A stretch of 64,000 nucleotides of DNA from Felis catus (GCF_018350175.1 NC_058374.1:38192001-38256000); one strand, 5' to 3'. Shown: positions 25,336 through 38,288, counted from the first letter of the stretch. Notes: generated by a model not told the origin, from the sequence alone. Made by a program: numbers and translations.

Positions 25336-25659
25336 ACTTTAAACAGCACAAAAGAACATGTAGTAAAAAGACTGCCACCACCAGAAGCAATTGATATTAC
25401 CAGTGTTTAGATCATTCGTACGTGCACAAGTAGACCGTTTTCTCCTTTTTCCCTAAATAAAAGGCCACATGTTCCACCTCTTTTCTGCATTATGCTGTCT
25501 TCAGATCATATGTAAAGGATTGTTTTGTACCAACATAAAAAATAGCTTTCACATTCTTCGCTGCTCTTAACATGGTGTAGCATTGGACACATAACCTATA
25601 TCCTCTTACCCAGTCTGATTAGTCTTCCAGTGTTCTAAACCAGCTCTGTCTGATGGGAA

Positions 25660-25920
25660 TATAACGCAGTCTACACAGCGATTTTAAGTTTTCTGGTGGC
25701 CATGTTAAAGTGAACAGAAAAAATATAGCAGTGGGTAAATTTTTTTAATTGCATTTGTTTGGGTTTTTTCTTTTTTTCTTTTTTTTTTTTTCCAGACTAA
25801 GTAAATCTCTTAAATATCCACTGTTCTGTTATACTTAAAACCCATCCATTTGAACTAGCTGTATTTGAAGCACTCAGTAGCCAATGTGGTAGTAACTGCC
25901 ATGTTGGATGAGTACAGTTC
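25660..25920. mobile_element. MER3/MER33-like hAT remnant in FKBP4 intron 9
   Basis: atttgaagcactcagtagccaatgtggtagtaactgccatgttggatgagtacag resembles the MER3/MER33 end. Confidence 0.55.
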
Positions 25921-26255
25921 TAAGTAGCACCATAGTGAACGATTTTGTAAATTTACAATTTCATGTGTGTGTGCCTTTAGGACATACCTGGAAAGGGAGT
26001 TGGCTGTGTTGGGGTAATTCTGTTGGAAGCTAGCATGTTTTGTTTTGTTTTGTTTTGTTTTTTTTAACTTGGGATGAGTCTTTGTGGTACAGACCCAACA
26101 CAGTGTCAGCATGGTGGTAGGTGAATATAGCTGTGTCCCCAGATCAGTGCAAGCAAGTGGGAGTGGGGACATGAAGTAAAAGTCCCCTTTGTCATCAGAG
26201 GGATTGGGCCAGATGAGAACTGGAACTCATCCCCTTCCTGTCTTCCTTTCCGCAG

Positions 26256-26363
26256 GCCAAGGCAGCAGTAGCTGCAGGAAACCATCATGCTGACATGGAG
26301 ATGAAGGATGACCAGAAGAATGATGTGGCAGGGAGCCAGCCTCAGGTGGAGACGGAAGCATAG
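26256..26363 (+). CDS. FKBP4: FKBP4 exon 10 (terminal coding exon)
   Basis: cgcag|GCC; [35 protein letters not shown] then TAG at 26361-26363. Confidence 0.97.
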   Translation, partial: AKAAVAAGNHHADMEMKDDQKNDVAGSQPQVETEA

Positions 26364-27042
26364 CCTCTACCCAGCCCTACTCCTGCGGCTGCCTGCCTCC
26401 CCTGCTCCCTCCCCTCCTCCACCCTGTTAGTTTTGTAAAAACTGAAGAATTTTGAGTGAATTAGACCTTTATTTTTCTATCTGGTTAGATGGTGGCTTTG
26501 GGGGAAGGGGGAAAGGAGTAGGCTGGGGGATCGGTTTAGGTGATGTCACCCCCTCTTCCCTTCCCCCTTCCCCCATTACATGTGAACGAATGTCCATCCA
26601 CACGCACACTCATCAGAATGTTAATTTATTTTGCTGCTTCTGTTTGCTATGTCCATTTTTCAAATGGTAGAAGGGAGTGAGTGGTAGGGATACTTGCGGG
26701 ATCTGATGTGAAACCAGGGTGGAGAGGGAGACTCCTGGGCAGCCATTTTCCTTGTCCTTCCCTCCTCCCGGTCTGTTCCCAAACATGTGGCCTCCATGTG
26801 GGTGCTAGGGGCATGGGGAAAACCACTGCTGTGCCCGCTACTGCTCTCTGTTCCCGTCCTCACCCCAGATGGTATGGCTGAGATGTCTTCTGGTGTCCTG
26901 ATGACCGCCTCTGCTGCCCCCCCCCCCAATATTTCCCTTTGGATCTGTTTCCCTTCTCAGCCAGGTTGTGTCCCCAACCCCCTCAGCCTTTTCTCTGCAC
27001 GTTGCTGAAGGTCCAGGCTTGCCTCAAGTTCTGTGCTTGAGC

Positions 27043-27048
27043 AATAAA
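27043..27048 (+). terminator. FKBP4 polyadenylation signal (AATAAA)
   Basis: Canonical hexamer ~680 nt after the stop, followed by U/GU-rich sequence (accttttctgtttgg). Confidence 0.7.
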
Positions 27049-29552
27049 GTGGAAACGAAACCTGAGTGTCAGGCAACCTTTTTCTGTTTGGCCTCAGAGG
27101 GTGGGCATGGTGGCTGTGCAAGTGCAACAACGATGGAGGAGCATTCTTTGAGCATGGAGTGGTGCCCGCATACGGGGCCTCTTGGGTGCTGCCCAGACCA
27201 CTGCCACCACCGCCACCCCACTCCCCACTCCACCCCCCACCCCCACAGCCTGGTGGGTTTTCATAGCTCTGCTTTTGTTCCCTAACACTTAGGAAAATAT
27301 AAACATGTAAAATACTGGGACCAGTTGTGTGTGTTTTGGTTAGATTTGTCTACTTCTGCGTAAGTGATCTAGCAGAAAGCACAGCTTTCTTGGTTTCTCA
27401 TCAAGGTAAAATTCCTGTTAGCCATCCCTCCAGTTAGACACCTTTTACACGATTAAGGTGAAGAACAGTAAAGCCAGGGAACATGCGCTCAGGCCCGCTT
27501 TCCAGCTTCCTCCTTGACCTTAATAGAAAAAAGCTTATGCTTATGCTTCTAACTATGTGTTGACCTTTGGCTCCTATAGCATTATGGGGCCCTCGGAGAA
27601 GCCAGGGGGCACAAATCTGTCTTCTCCAGATGATCTTGCTTGTAGGCTAGAACCTCTGTTTATAGCCTTACCCTCTTCTCTCCAATGTATGCTGGCCTGC
27701 ACAGTGGTGGAGGTAGTCTGCCTACCTACATGCCTATACAGTTTCTCCCAGAAGAAATTTCTCCATGCTTTTCTATGGAAGATTCATTTCTGTGTGAAGA
27801 TTTCACCCAAGTCCTACATCATGGTTGGTGGCAGAGCCAGAACTAATATTTGTTTTAGTCTCCTGAGTGCTCTTGCTGAGTTCACACAGTCCTGTGCCTC
27901 TGGGTCTTTTTGACATTTCAAGATCTGTCATGCCCCTATAGCCAACAACAGTAGCTAACTCACTAAGCACCTAGGAACATAAGCCTAGCATTAAACCAGG
28001 AACCTCGTGTGAATTAACCTTTTTTTCTTTTAATGTTTTTGAGAGCAAGCACACGTGTGCTTGCACGAGCAGGGGAGGGGGTGGGGGGGAATATAGGATC
28101 TGAAGTGGGCTATGCACTGACAGAAAGCCCCATGTGGGGTTTAAACCCATAAACCAGGAGATCATGACCTGAGCTGCAGTGAGACACTTGACTGAGCCAC
28201 CCAAGTGCCCCTCATGTGAATTAACCTTAATCCTTGGCAAAGGAGTTAATGCCCCATTTTACATAAGAGGAAACCAAGGCTCAAGTTAAATAGAAAGGGG
28301 TCTGCCTGGAATAGGAGCTCTCTTGAACAAACCCAAACTCTTAAATATGAGGTTTACGTGACCTTGGGCAAGTTGAGATTTCCTTATCTGCAAAAATAGA
28401 GGAGTGGATGAAATGCACTCCTGAGGTTCCTAATACCCCTGAATGGTTCTGTGGGATTCCCGGAATTTCAAACAATTGCACTTCTATGGAACTGGACAAG
28501 TCTTTTATGTAACATTAAAACTGTCTTGTGAAGATGTTTAAGTGGCCAGAAGTCTTTAGGATTAAAAACAGATCCAGCATGTACTTACACTCTGCTCTGA
28601 CCCACGTTCAAAGTTCATAACCTAGTCCATTGACCTCACCAACCTTTAAAATCTTCCCATACGGAGACAATGTGCTTGAATAAAGGAAAACCAGTAGTGA
28701 CCAGCACTGCTAGCTGTTCCTGCAGATTTGCAGTCTCTGGAAAATGTAAGATAGGGTTCATCTTGTCCTATTGCTGATCCTAATGTCAAGTTCTATACAG
28801 TTTATCTCCTGAGTATTTCCCATCTCCATTCCAGCAGCCCCTCTCCAACGTCACCAGGCACCTCCAGCCCACTCTCCTGTCCTGCAAAAGGTTCCTCCTG
28901 TCTTGCACCCTCTCTTGCCCCAGGTGCACTTGACTCTACACTGCATCCAAATCCTACCTCTCCAACTGCTTAAAATTCTTTCCTATCCCATTTAGTCTGA
29001 AGGTTACAAACTTTACTGTAGTCCACAGCCACTGTGGGACCCAGCACAACCTTGCCAACCTTACACCAGCATCAGAGCACTGGACTCCTTCACTCTACAC
29101 TGGCCACACCACCTGAAGAGTAGAAGGGGGAAATTGTGCATGTCACTTCACTTACAAGAGTGGAATCTCACCTCTTAGTCCTGTCTTCCATGTTTCTTCC
29201 ATTCCCTTTCCAAGCGCAGATCATCTCAGAGCCTTGTAACCATTAAGCTGAAATGAAAGAGGCTAAGGGCAGTGCTGAATAAAGCCAAAGGAAAGATCTA
29301 CGTAAGAGAACTTGTCCTCTTTCTGGAAATCACTATTGCTGACTTTATGGCTGTAGTTCCCCAGCTGCTTGCCAACCTCAGATAACTTGGATGCACCCAC
29401 TATCCTCAACTATAAAATCTAAGGCTCATAATAAAACCTTGTTTAGCGTGTAATGACACAACACTAAATACACCAATTTGGGAGGCAAAGTAAGAATGAA
29501 AGATTCACAAAGTGGTTCTGAGGAGAGATGATCAAGAAAAAAAAACAATGCC

Positions 29553-29990
29553 AGGGCACCTGGGTGGCTCAGTAAGTTAAGTCTCCGACTCTTGGTTTCT
29601 GCTCAAGTCATGATCTCACAGTTTGTGGGATAGAGCCCCCACAGCAGAGTCATGGTCTGCACTGACATCATGGAGCCTGCTTAGGATTCTCTCTCTCCCT
29701 CTCTCTCTCTGCCTCTCCCCTGCTTGCTGTCCCTCTCTTTCAAAATAAATAAACATTAAAAATAATAATAGTAGGGGCGGGTGGCTACTGGGTGGCTCAG
29801 TCGGTTAAGTGTCCAACTTTGGCTCAGGTCATGATCTCACAGTTCATGAGTTCAAGCCCCACATCAGGCTCTGTGTTGACAGCTCAGAGCCTGGAGCCTG
29901 CTTTGGATTCTGTGTCTCCCTCTCTGCCCCTCCCCTGCTCATGCTCTGTCCCTCTCTCAAAAATAAATAAACATAAAATAATAATAATAT
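29553..29990 (+). mobile_element. Two tandem CanSINEs
   Basis: Heads at ~29553 and ~29785, each with (CT)n and A tail. Confidence 0.88.
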
Positions 29991-30689
29991 TAATAATGAC
30001 TTCATGAACTTTCAGACTTCTTTGGCTAGAAGAGAGGACTGGCCATACCCCCTCCCCCTCCCCCAAGACATGTGGGCTCCAGGATCACCAGTCTCCTGTG
30101 CCCCTGTTAGGAGTGCTTCACNNNNNNNNNNNNNNNNNNNNNNNNNNNNNNNNNNNNNNNNNNNNNNNNNNNNNNNNNNNNNNNNNNNNNNNNNNNNNNN
30201 NNNNNNNNNNNNNNNNNNNNNNNNNNNNNNNNNNNNNNNNNNNNNNNNNGTACAACTGCCACTTCTGTTTAGTTCTAAAACATTTTCATCATCCTTTGTG
30301 TTTGAAGCCCATGTCCTCATGTTTTGACTTCAGAGACCATGAAGGACCACTCTTCATCCTTAAGTGAATGGCCAGAAGAGTCTTTTAACAGGCAACAACC
30401 CTGGGGTGCCTGGCTGGCTCAGTTGGTAGAGCATGTGACTCTTGATCTCAGGGTTGTGACTGTGAGCCCCATGTTAGGTGTTGAGATTACTTAAAACATC
30501 AAAAAACAAAACAAAACAAAAACCAGACAACAACGCAGTCAGGCTCTAGGATCAAAGCTTCCCAGAGTGGGTGGTCCCTTCTAACGGGCCAAACTTGTGA
30601 GGGAGGGGGTGGGACTCAAAAGGAGAGCAGCAAATAACAGCATTTCACTCAGAGCAGGGCTGCCCACACTGTTAATTCTACCTAATTTC

Positions 30690-30800
30690 TGGGTCAAGTC
30701 AGTCTGAGAAACAGGTTTCTGTCTTTGAGGACTTCTCAGAACCTTTAGTATGCTAAGGTGCACTGTAGATCACGAAGGAGAATGAGGAAGTCTCAAACTG
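30690..30800. mobile_element. MER103C-like hAT fragment
   Basis: aaacaggtttct..ggacttctcagaacctttagtatgctaaggtgcactgt resembles the MER103C core as recalled. Confidence 0.55.
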
Positions 30801-32559
30801 AGCCCATTAGGAAGCCCTAGGCCCTGCCCCCCCAGGATGGTGAATGACTCTGGACCTCACGTATAGAAAGCTGTGTAGAAAGTTTTAAAGGTCCTATTTC
30901 TTACCTGGCCTTCCTAAGCAGACAGAACTTGGACCCCTCTACTGGGGTCTACTCCTGGAGGAAGAAGTGGACAAAGAATCTCCCTAGAAATCCTTCCCAC
31001 CTAACACCTCCCCGCCACTCCCCACTCCCATAGCAGGTTTCTACTGAAGCTACCATTTGGCTGGTTGGTAAAGACTAAGCCACTACTCACACAACTGTAC
31101 CATGTCATCTAACCAGGAAGATGGCCTGGTTAGGCAGTTCTGGGGAGTAAGCCAAAACTGATACTGGAAGAGTGCTTGACTTTAAAAAGGCGAGCTCTAG
31201 ATGGTGCCGGTGGAGACCCACCAACCATCCCCCTAGAAAGGGTCAAGAACATGGGTGCTCCTTGTGGAACCAGGGCTCTGTCCACATGGCTGTGCAACCC
31301 CTGTGTTCCACTTACTGTGAATATAACACAAGGCAGTTACAGTAATTGACACACAGTGGGGAGAGGGACTTGGTCCATGTCATATTTCCTGAAGACTTAT
31401 CTTTCCTCCCTTTCTAAATTCATTTGGTTCTCTTGACAAAAGCTAAAAGGCATGGTATCCAAGTTGCCATGTAACATAATACCATAATGACATGACCTAC
31501 AGGACAAACATTAGCAGGCGCCCCTTGGCACAGAAAGGTCAAGAACAAGAAACTCAAGTAATGGAGAAGATAAAACTGAGGCACTGCAAAGTGCTGGGTC
31601 AGGGTATAATTTCAGAGAACTGGGTCAGGCCAGGGCACTTGGTGGCAGAAGCAGTTTTGTCCTGGGTTATTTATGAATTTATTTATTTATTTTACAATTT
31701 CATTCAAAAGGCTGGAAGAAGAGAAAACAATGAAGAAATAACAGTGAGAAGAAACAGAACCCAAAACATTTTAACTTTACATTGAGAGGTAAACATTTTT
31801 AAATTGGCTTTTTATTTTCCTACCCCTTAAAACCAACAATGAAGCTTAAGGTTTCAGCTACAATGGGAGAAGGATAGAGACATGGTAGCCGGAGGTTGCA
31901 TGCAGCCCCTCCGTAATTAGATAATATATTTAAAGCATTAGGTACACCTGTGTGACACAGTACCTTTGAATAGACCCGGCCAACCCCACAGTATATGTAT
32001 CACCAAAAACAGAAACATGAATGTATCTGCTTCTGCAGTCCCCAGAGTTTGTCTAGACTGCCTCCTGTTTACCGTTTTGTTTGCTCTTCCTTGTTTTCAT
32101 CTTACCTGGCTGTCAGATCCATTGGGACCTCTGGGACAAAATGTGTCATCCCCCTCTCACACTCCCAGGCAAAAATGTCCTGCTTTTCAGTGCCTTCTCC
32201 CATCATGCTCAGATATAGAAAGCAGGACCAGCCCCTGGTCCAACATCCCCAGGTGAGGTAGATATTATTTTTACAATGTTGGCTCCTGAAAAACCAGTGC
32301 ATAATTGGCCTAGAGCTGCAGATCTGAACTTTAAAGTGTATTGAACAACTACAGAATTTTGCAAATAATACTTCTGATGCCCTGATTGATGAGGCACCCC
32401 AAAGAAAGACTTACTTAATCTTGCTGAACCTGTTTTTCTCATCCAAAAATACTGAATAATAATACAAGCTCTCAGGGTTGTTGTGCTCATTACGTGAAAC
32501 AATATACATGAAATGTGCTTTACAGCAAGTGTAACTAAGGACCTTTCTAACTAAGGACC

Positions 32560-32810
32560 ACAAAAGCATACACACACCATTTAAAAAGTCATTTTCACGT
32601 GATAAGCCAGTATATAAAATATACATATATAAATATTTACAATTGAAACAAAGGTTTCACAAAAAGAATACTTACTACTCTAGAGTCACTTGGTATTTTC
32701 TATTCTATTGTTTTTTTTAAATGCTGGTTCAATTCACTACATTGTTTGCAGGACTCCTAACAGGTAACTTACAGTTGTTTCAAAAAAAAAAACAAAAACA
32801 CAAAAACACT
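32560..32810. mobile_element. hAT-type DNA transposon remnant (subfamily not assigned)
   Basis: tgaaacaaaggtttcac..aatacttac..tattttctattctatt..aaatgctggt..aaaaacactg; appears to be the same family as 45237-45477 in opposite orientation. Confidence 0.55.
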
Positions 32811-33079
32811 GTTGGAAACCATACAGTTGTCAATTATTACGATTATTATGATTCCCTGGTTTAGTCTAATGGCCTGGAGACTTCAATGCTAAGGCAACAA
32901 AGGAAGAGGTCAAGGTTATTAGGTCTAACCCCGGACAGCCTGTTGCCTGGGGAACAGATCGCCCCCACCCCCATCAAGATTGGTCTACCCAGGCTAGGAG
33001 TGGCCCATGCCCCTGTCACTCACATCAGATAAGCCCGCCCCCAAGTTCAGAGGGCTAGGAAGACCCACCTCCTCTTTCA

Positions 33080-33480
33080 GGTTAAGCGAGAAAGGCCGCA
33101 ATTGGAGGCTTGAGCGGTGACGTAACTTTCCGCTTTGGCTGGCCTTCCGCTTGGGCTGCTCTCAGGAGGGGCTCGGGGAACATATAGCGGGCCTCCCCGG
33201 TCCCTCGGCCCGTGCAAGTGCGATGAGGTCGGTTAGCTACGTGCAACGCGTGGCCCTGGAATTTAGCGGGAGCCTCTTCCCGCACGCGATCTGCCTCGGA
33301 GACGTCGATAACGATACGGTCAGTGCATGCGCACTGCGAGAGACACGACCTGGCTCGGCGCCAGGGTAGGGCGGGGCCGGGGAAATGGAGAAGCCGCCCT
33401 AGGCGTGCGGGGGGAGCGGAGCGCGTGCGCGGTGGGGCTGCGCGGTGACCTAAGGAGAACTTGGCAGATAGCTTACGTGC
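33080..33480. promoter_or_regulatory. ITFG2 CpG-island promoter
   Basis: CpG-dense stretch around exon 1; reverse CCAAT at 33101-33105; CRE-like TGACGTAA at 33118-33125; NRF1-like tgcatgcgca just after the donor. Confidence 0.85.
33223..33318 (+). CDS. ITFG2: ITFG2 (KICSTOR complex subunit, FG-GAP-like repeats) coding exon 1 of 12
   Basis: [35 protein letters not shown]|gtcagt; 96 nt. Full join: 33223-33318,38193-38288,38845-38886,39073-39244,39955-40094,40566-40714,41106-41203,41382-41435,41528-41619,42355-42472,44104-44277,44368-44471 = 1335 nt, 444 aa. Confidence 0.98.
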
Positions 33481-35744
33481 CTGGAAGTCAGGCCCGAATT
33501 GCACTGCTTCCCTGCCCTGGTGTTCTTTTAGGGACATAGATAACTGATCCTTTGCCTAAGTCAGTAACTGGTTCACAGTAGGAGCCTGGTAAACCGGTGG
33601 CCAGATATCCCGGCTCACTGCTTCCCTCCTTACGCAGGGGCATCACCTCAAATCACTTTGCCTTTCGAAGCCTCCATAGAAGCTTAAAACCCGCCTTTGC
33701 TGCTCTTACACGTGGCTCCTTGCGCCGGAACACACTGCTGTACTTTTCTGCCTCTCCACCCCAACACCCCATTCCTAATGCCGAGTTTCTGTAATGCCTG
33801 GTTTCTGTAATGCCTGCTGCATAGTACACCAAGCGTATGGCAACCTGAAAGCGCTACACCTTGGTTGGATTACAAAAACAATTGACATCTACCATCTCCG
33901 CAGCTGTTCTTTTTCTCGTGGTTGAAATGCATTAATACAGATAAAGCAGGTAGAACTATGCCTGGCCCACAGTTAACACCAAGTGTTAGTGTTGTTAGTA
34001 TTTGATTCTGTTTCTGCAAATGTTTATTCAAGTGCCCATTGTGTGCGCCAAGGACTCTGCTATATTCTGGGAATTCCAAAATGAACAAGACAGTCCCAGC
34101 CCTCAGCTAGCTCACAGTCAGGTAGGGTGATAGTCACCAGAACAACGAAATGTAAGGAGGTGCACTGATGAAAATATGTAGAGTTTTGAGGTGGAGCATC
34201 AGAGGGGATGGGGGCTGTTGCTGGTGTGAGACACTCTTAACAGACTCTTTTCATTCATTATTCCCTATTTTTAATGCAAAGCACCTTATTGCCATCCTCT
34301 CCTACCCTCTGCCCCACCTTCCTATTCTGCCGGCTTCTCATCCTCACGTCCCTAAATGTTTTGTGCTCTCTTCCCTGGGGGAAAAAAGGGCTAAAACATA
34401 CCCCTGCCCCCAGCCTCCTTTGTGCTGTGATAGAGAAGATATTTTATGAAGCCTCTTTTGGCTCTACTCCCTGTAGGGAGGAAGGAGTTATTCTCATAAA
34501 TTTGTATTGTTTTTTGGACTTTCACATTTCGTAATATGCCAAGCAGTACAATTTTATGAGAAAATCAAGAGAGGCATTTTCAAATAGTAAATTAACAGAG
34601 TGACTTTAGGCGTACATGATTTTCCGTGTTATCTGATGGTCTTCTTTGTTTAAAAGGGAAAAATACCTGCCTTTTTTCATAGCTTCGTGGCATCAGCTTT
34701 TTTGGAAATTGTACTTTTCTGAGTAGATTGCACCAGTACACTCAGTTCTACAATATTAGATATATTGTACTACTTTTTTTTTTTTAACCCTGATTTGTAA
34801 GCTCCATAAGGCTGGGGATTTATCTGCTTTTTCACTGCTATATTCCCAACACTTAGAATTGTGCCTGGCACATAGTAGGTACTCAGATGTTTGTTGAATA
34901 AATGAGGATTGTTATGGAAAGCAAATGTGATTATTTGTCTCAAAGCAATTTGAAGTGCTTTGCATGTTATTGATAAATATAATTGAAAGAAGGGCAAGTA
35001 GTTGAGATCGTTGCCTAGTGGTACATGTATGTATGCACGTGGTACATTCAGCCTGCATGAGTGTGGATAGAAACGCTGTTATTAGTTCAGCATTTGGGGC
35101 AGGAAAAAGACTTATTTCATGCTCATAAATCATTAGCCTAAAGTTCTTTGAAACTAATTTGTTTCCTGGTAAGTGGTGGGGGAGGGGAAGCCACGAATAG
35201 AATGCACACCCTGTAGGACTGCCCATGGAAGCCTGGCTACACCAGGGGAAAATCTCTAGAAGGCTATAGCAGACCAGAGATCTCTCCTCCTGCCTCCTTT
35301 AGTATTATATGGCGACTGTACCCTCTAGCTGGGGTTTCTTAGCGTCCGTGAGTGACCTCCAGAGGCCAGAGCCAGGATCAGCCGCAGGGAAGCAGAACTG
35401 CTGGGAAGCATTATAGCTGCCGGGAAGCAGATGGGCTAGTTTGGAAATGTCCTCTTCCAGGAGGCCAGCCATTGCCTCAGTGTCATTGCTTGGTCTTGCT
35501 TGTCATTGCCTGGCTGGGCCACATCTACTTGGTCACTGCTCTTACCATACCCATGTCTGTGCCCTTGTTAAAACTGTAAGGTCCCCCTCAGTAGGGAGTG
35601 TGTGGCATTTATCTTTGTACCCCTAACTCACTATCTACCTTTACCTGGAAACTCAAGGGCTGACTGAGCATTCCCTTTCATTCTGATTTTTCTCTGTTTC
35701 TTAAAATCTTTTTTGTTAATTGTCTAGTAATTAAACATTTATCA

Positions 35745-36537
35745 GGGCACCTGGGTGGCTCAGTCAGTTGAGTGTCCAACTCTTGATTTCGGCTCAGGTC
35801 ATGATCCCAGGGTCATGGGGTCAAGCCCTGTGCTGGGCTCCTCACTGAACATGGAGCCTGCTCAGGATTCTCTCGCCCTCTGTCTCTCTGTCTCTGTCTC
35901 TCTGTGCCCCTCTCCCCCACTCGCACTCTCTCTCTCTCTCAGATTAAATTAAATTTGGGGCACCTGGGTGGCTCAGTCAGATAAGTGTCTGATTTTAGCC
36001 CAGGTCATGAACTCATGCTTCATGAGTTCGAGCCCCATATTGGGCTCTCTGTGCTCAGCACAGAGCCCACTTCAGGTCCTCTGTCCTACTCTCTCTACCC
36101 CTCCCCTACATACGCTCTCTTTCAAAAATGAAAAAACAATTTTTTTTAAATCAAATTTAATTTAAAAGAAAAGCAAACATTTACTGAGGTGCTGGTATGG
36201 ACTATGGCATTTGCTGAATGGATGTATAAAAAAAGAATAGATTGTGTGAAAGATACCAGGGTCCCTAGCCATGGAGGCCTTTTAACTAGAGGCTGAAAAC
36301 CACCTGGTATTAGTGCTTACTGTATGCCAGTCACTGGTTTGTTTGTTTGTTTGTTTGTTTTGTATTGTTTCTTCACTTTTGAGAGAGAGTGGGAGTGGGG
36401 CAGGGGCAGAGAGAGAGGGAGACACCGAATCTGAAACAGGCTCCAGGCTCTAAGCCATCAGCACAGCGCCCATGAACTGTGAGATCATGACCTGAACCAA
36501 AGTCGGACACTTAACTGACTGAGCCACCCAGGTGCCT
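35745..36537. mobile_element. CanSINE cluster in ITFG2 intron 1 (two plus, one minus)
   Basis: Heads at ~35745 and ~35956; reverse copy at ~36340-36537. Confidence 0.85.
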
Positions 36538-37660
36538 CTGCCAGTCACTGTTTTAAAGGCCTCCCTCTGTTAGCTCAGTTCTTAGAACAACTTTATTCAG
36601 TAAATACCCTTATGATCTTTGTTTTATAGATGACAAAATTTAAGCATAGAGAGCTGGGTTCAAATCCAGGCAGCTGCACTGAGCCTCTGTGCTATGCAGC
36701 CTGCCCTCGGTGTGTCTGCCAAAGTCCTCTGGAGCAGCCGAAATGGAAACATCAGGTGGAGAGAGTTTAATGTCAGTAAACTTGTTTTATGCTTCTGTGA
36801 TCTAATATTCCCACCAGATATAATATAATAAATATAATATAATATAATATAATATAATTCCCATAACTATTAAAAAAATAAATCGAAGATTCAAATCAAG
36901 TAAATCATTGATAAATCCCAATTCATTTTTAACTTTACTTGTGATCTGTTACGTCTTTGTTGCCTTTAGAATTAAATCTCTTGAGAATCTGATATTCACT
37001 CTATTTTGAGAATAGGAAGGGGGTGTTGGCTGCCCACCCCTCCACCCCTTCCCTCCCCACCACCCTCCCACTCCTCAACAGGGGAAATCAGAAAGCTACT
37101 TGTGGAAACAGGGTTTGGTGCTACCTTGTTATCACTGTTTACCCCTAGAAAGGCAGGCAGCCTTTGCCAAATGACTGGGAAATGGAGTACCCAAATACAA
37201 ATAGGAAGAGACTCCCTTCAGGGAACCCCCCTCCTGAGAGTTGGGCCACCACTTGGGGGCGCCAGAAGCCCAGAGCACAGAGGAGGCTGACACCAGCAAC
37301 CCCTTCGTGCTGTCCCCTCCAGCACCTCCATCCCCTGTATATATTCACTCATACACACCAAGTTCAAAAGATCCCCTTTTCTTTGCAGCTGACTTGCGTT
37401 GGGGTTGGAGATGTTTGTAGAGGAAGGAGGGACCCCAGAGCTGACCTTGTCTTTTTATTTGGCCCTTGATTAAGTACGTGGTCTGAAGTTCAATTTTCCA
37501 AAAGTTCAATGTTCTAGGTTGTTTTCAAAACATGTCCCATTGGCAATGGACAGATTGGAAGAGCTGAAATCGGGCAAGCAGGTCATGGAGCTATTCACTT
37601 GTCAGACTTTTCTGGGAAGAGTCATAGATTCCGTGTTGCCCCATTCTGCTATCCTCCTCT

Positions 37661-37661
<1 letters not shown>

Positions 37662-37707
<46 letters not shown>
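37662..37707. repeat. (AC)23 microsatellite in ITFG2 intron 1
   Basis: Read directly. Confidence 0.95.
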
Positions 37708-37709
<2 letters not shown>

Positions 37710-37736
37710 CGACAGGGAAAAAAAGAAACTCTGGGA

Positions 37737-37940
37737 GGGGTGCCCGGTGGCTCCCTCAGTTAATTTCGGCTCTTGATTTCAGCTCAGGCCATGATCTCAT
37801 GGTTCGTGAGTTCAAGCCCACATCAGGCTTATCAGGCTCCACGCTGATAATGTGGAGCCTGATTGGGATTTTTCTCTCCCCCTCTCTCTCCCCCTCTCCT
37901 GCTCAAGGCCGCGCTTGCTGTCTCAAAATAAATAAACTTT
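37737..37940 (+). mobile_element. CanSINE in ITFG2 intron 1
   Basis: ggggtgcccggtggctc head; aaaataaataaa tail. Confidence 0.85.
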
Positions 37941-38192
37941 AAAAAATTTTTTAAATATGAAATTTATTGTCAAATTGGTTTCAATACAACACCCAATGCT
38001 TATCCCTAAAATTAAAAAAAAAAAAAAAAAGAAACTGGAAAACTGTGGCTTTGTTGGTTGCAAAAGATTTTTACTAAAGTTGGCGAAGATACAAATTAAG
38101 GTCTTATGATGTACCCAGGATGGGCCTAGAGAAAAGCTTCAGGTGGTTCCATAGGATCCCATCCTAACACTGTCTTCTCTCTCCGTTTGAAG

Positions 38193-38288
38193 TTAAATGA
38201 ATTGGTGGTGGGGGACACCAGCGGGAAGCTGTTTGTGTATAAGAATGATGACAGCCGGCCATGGCTCACCTGTTCCTGCCAGGGCATG
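38193..38288 (+). CDS. ITFG2: ITFG2 exon 2
   Basis: tgaag|TTA..ATG|gtcag; [32 protein letters not shown]; 96 nt. Confidence 0.96.

Noticed and set aside
33151-33222. In-frame TTG-initiated extension upstream of the ITFG2 ATG
   Set aside because: The ATG matches the known N-terminus in adequate context; no homology evidence for the extension.
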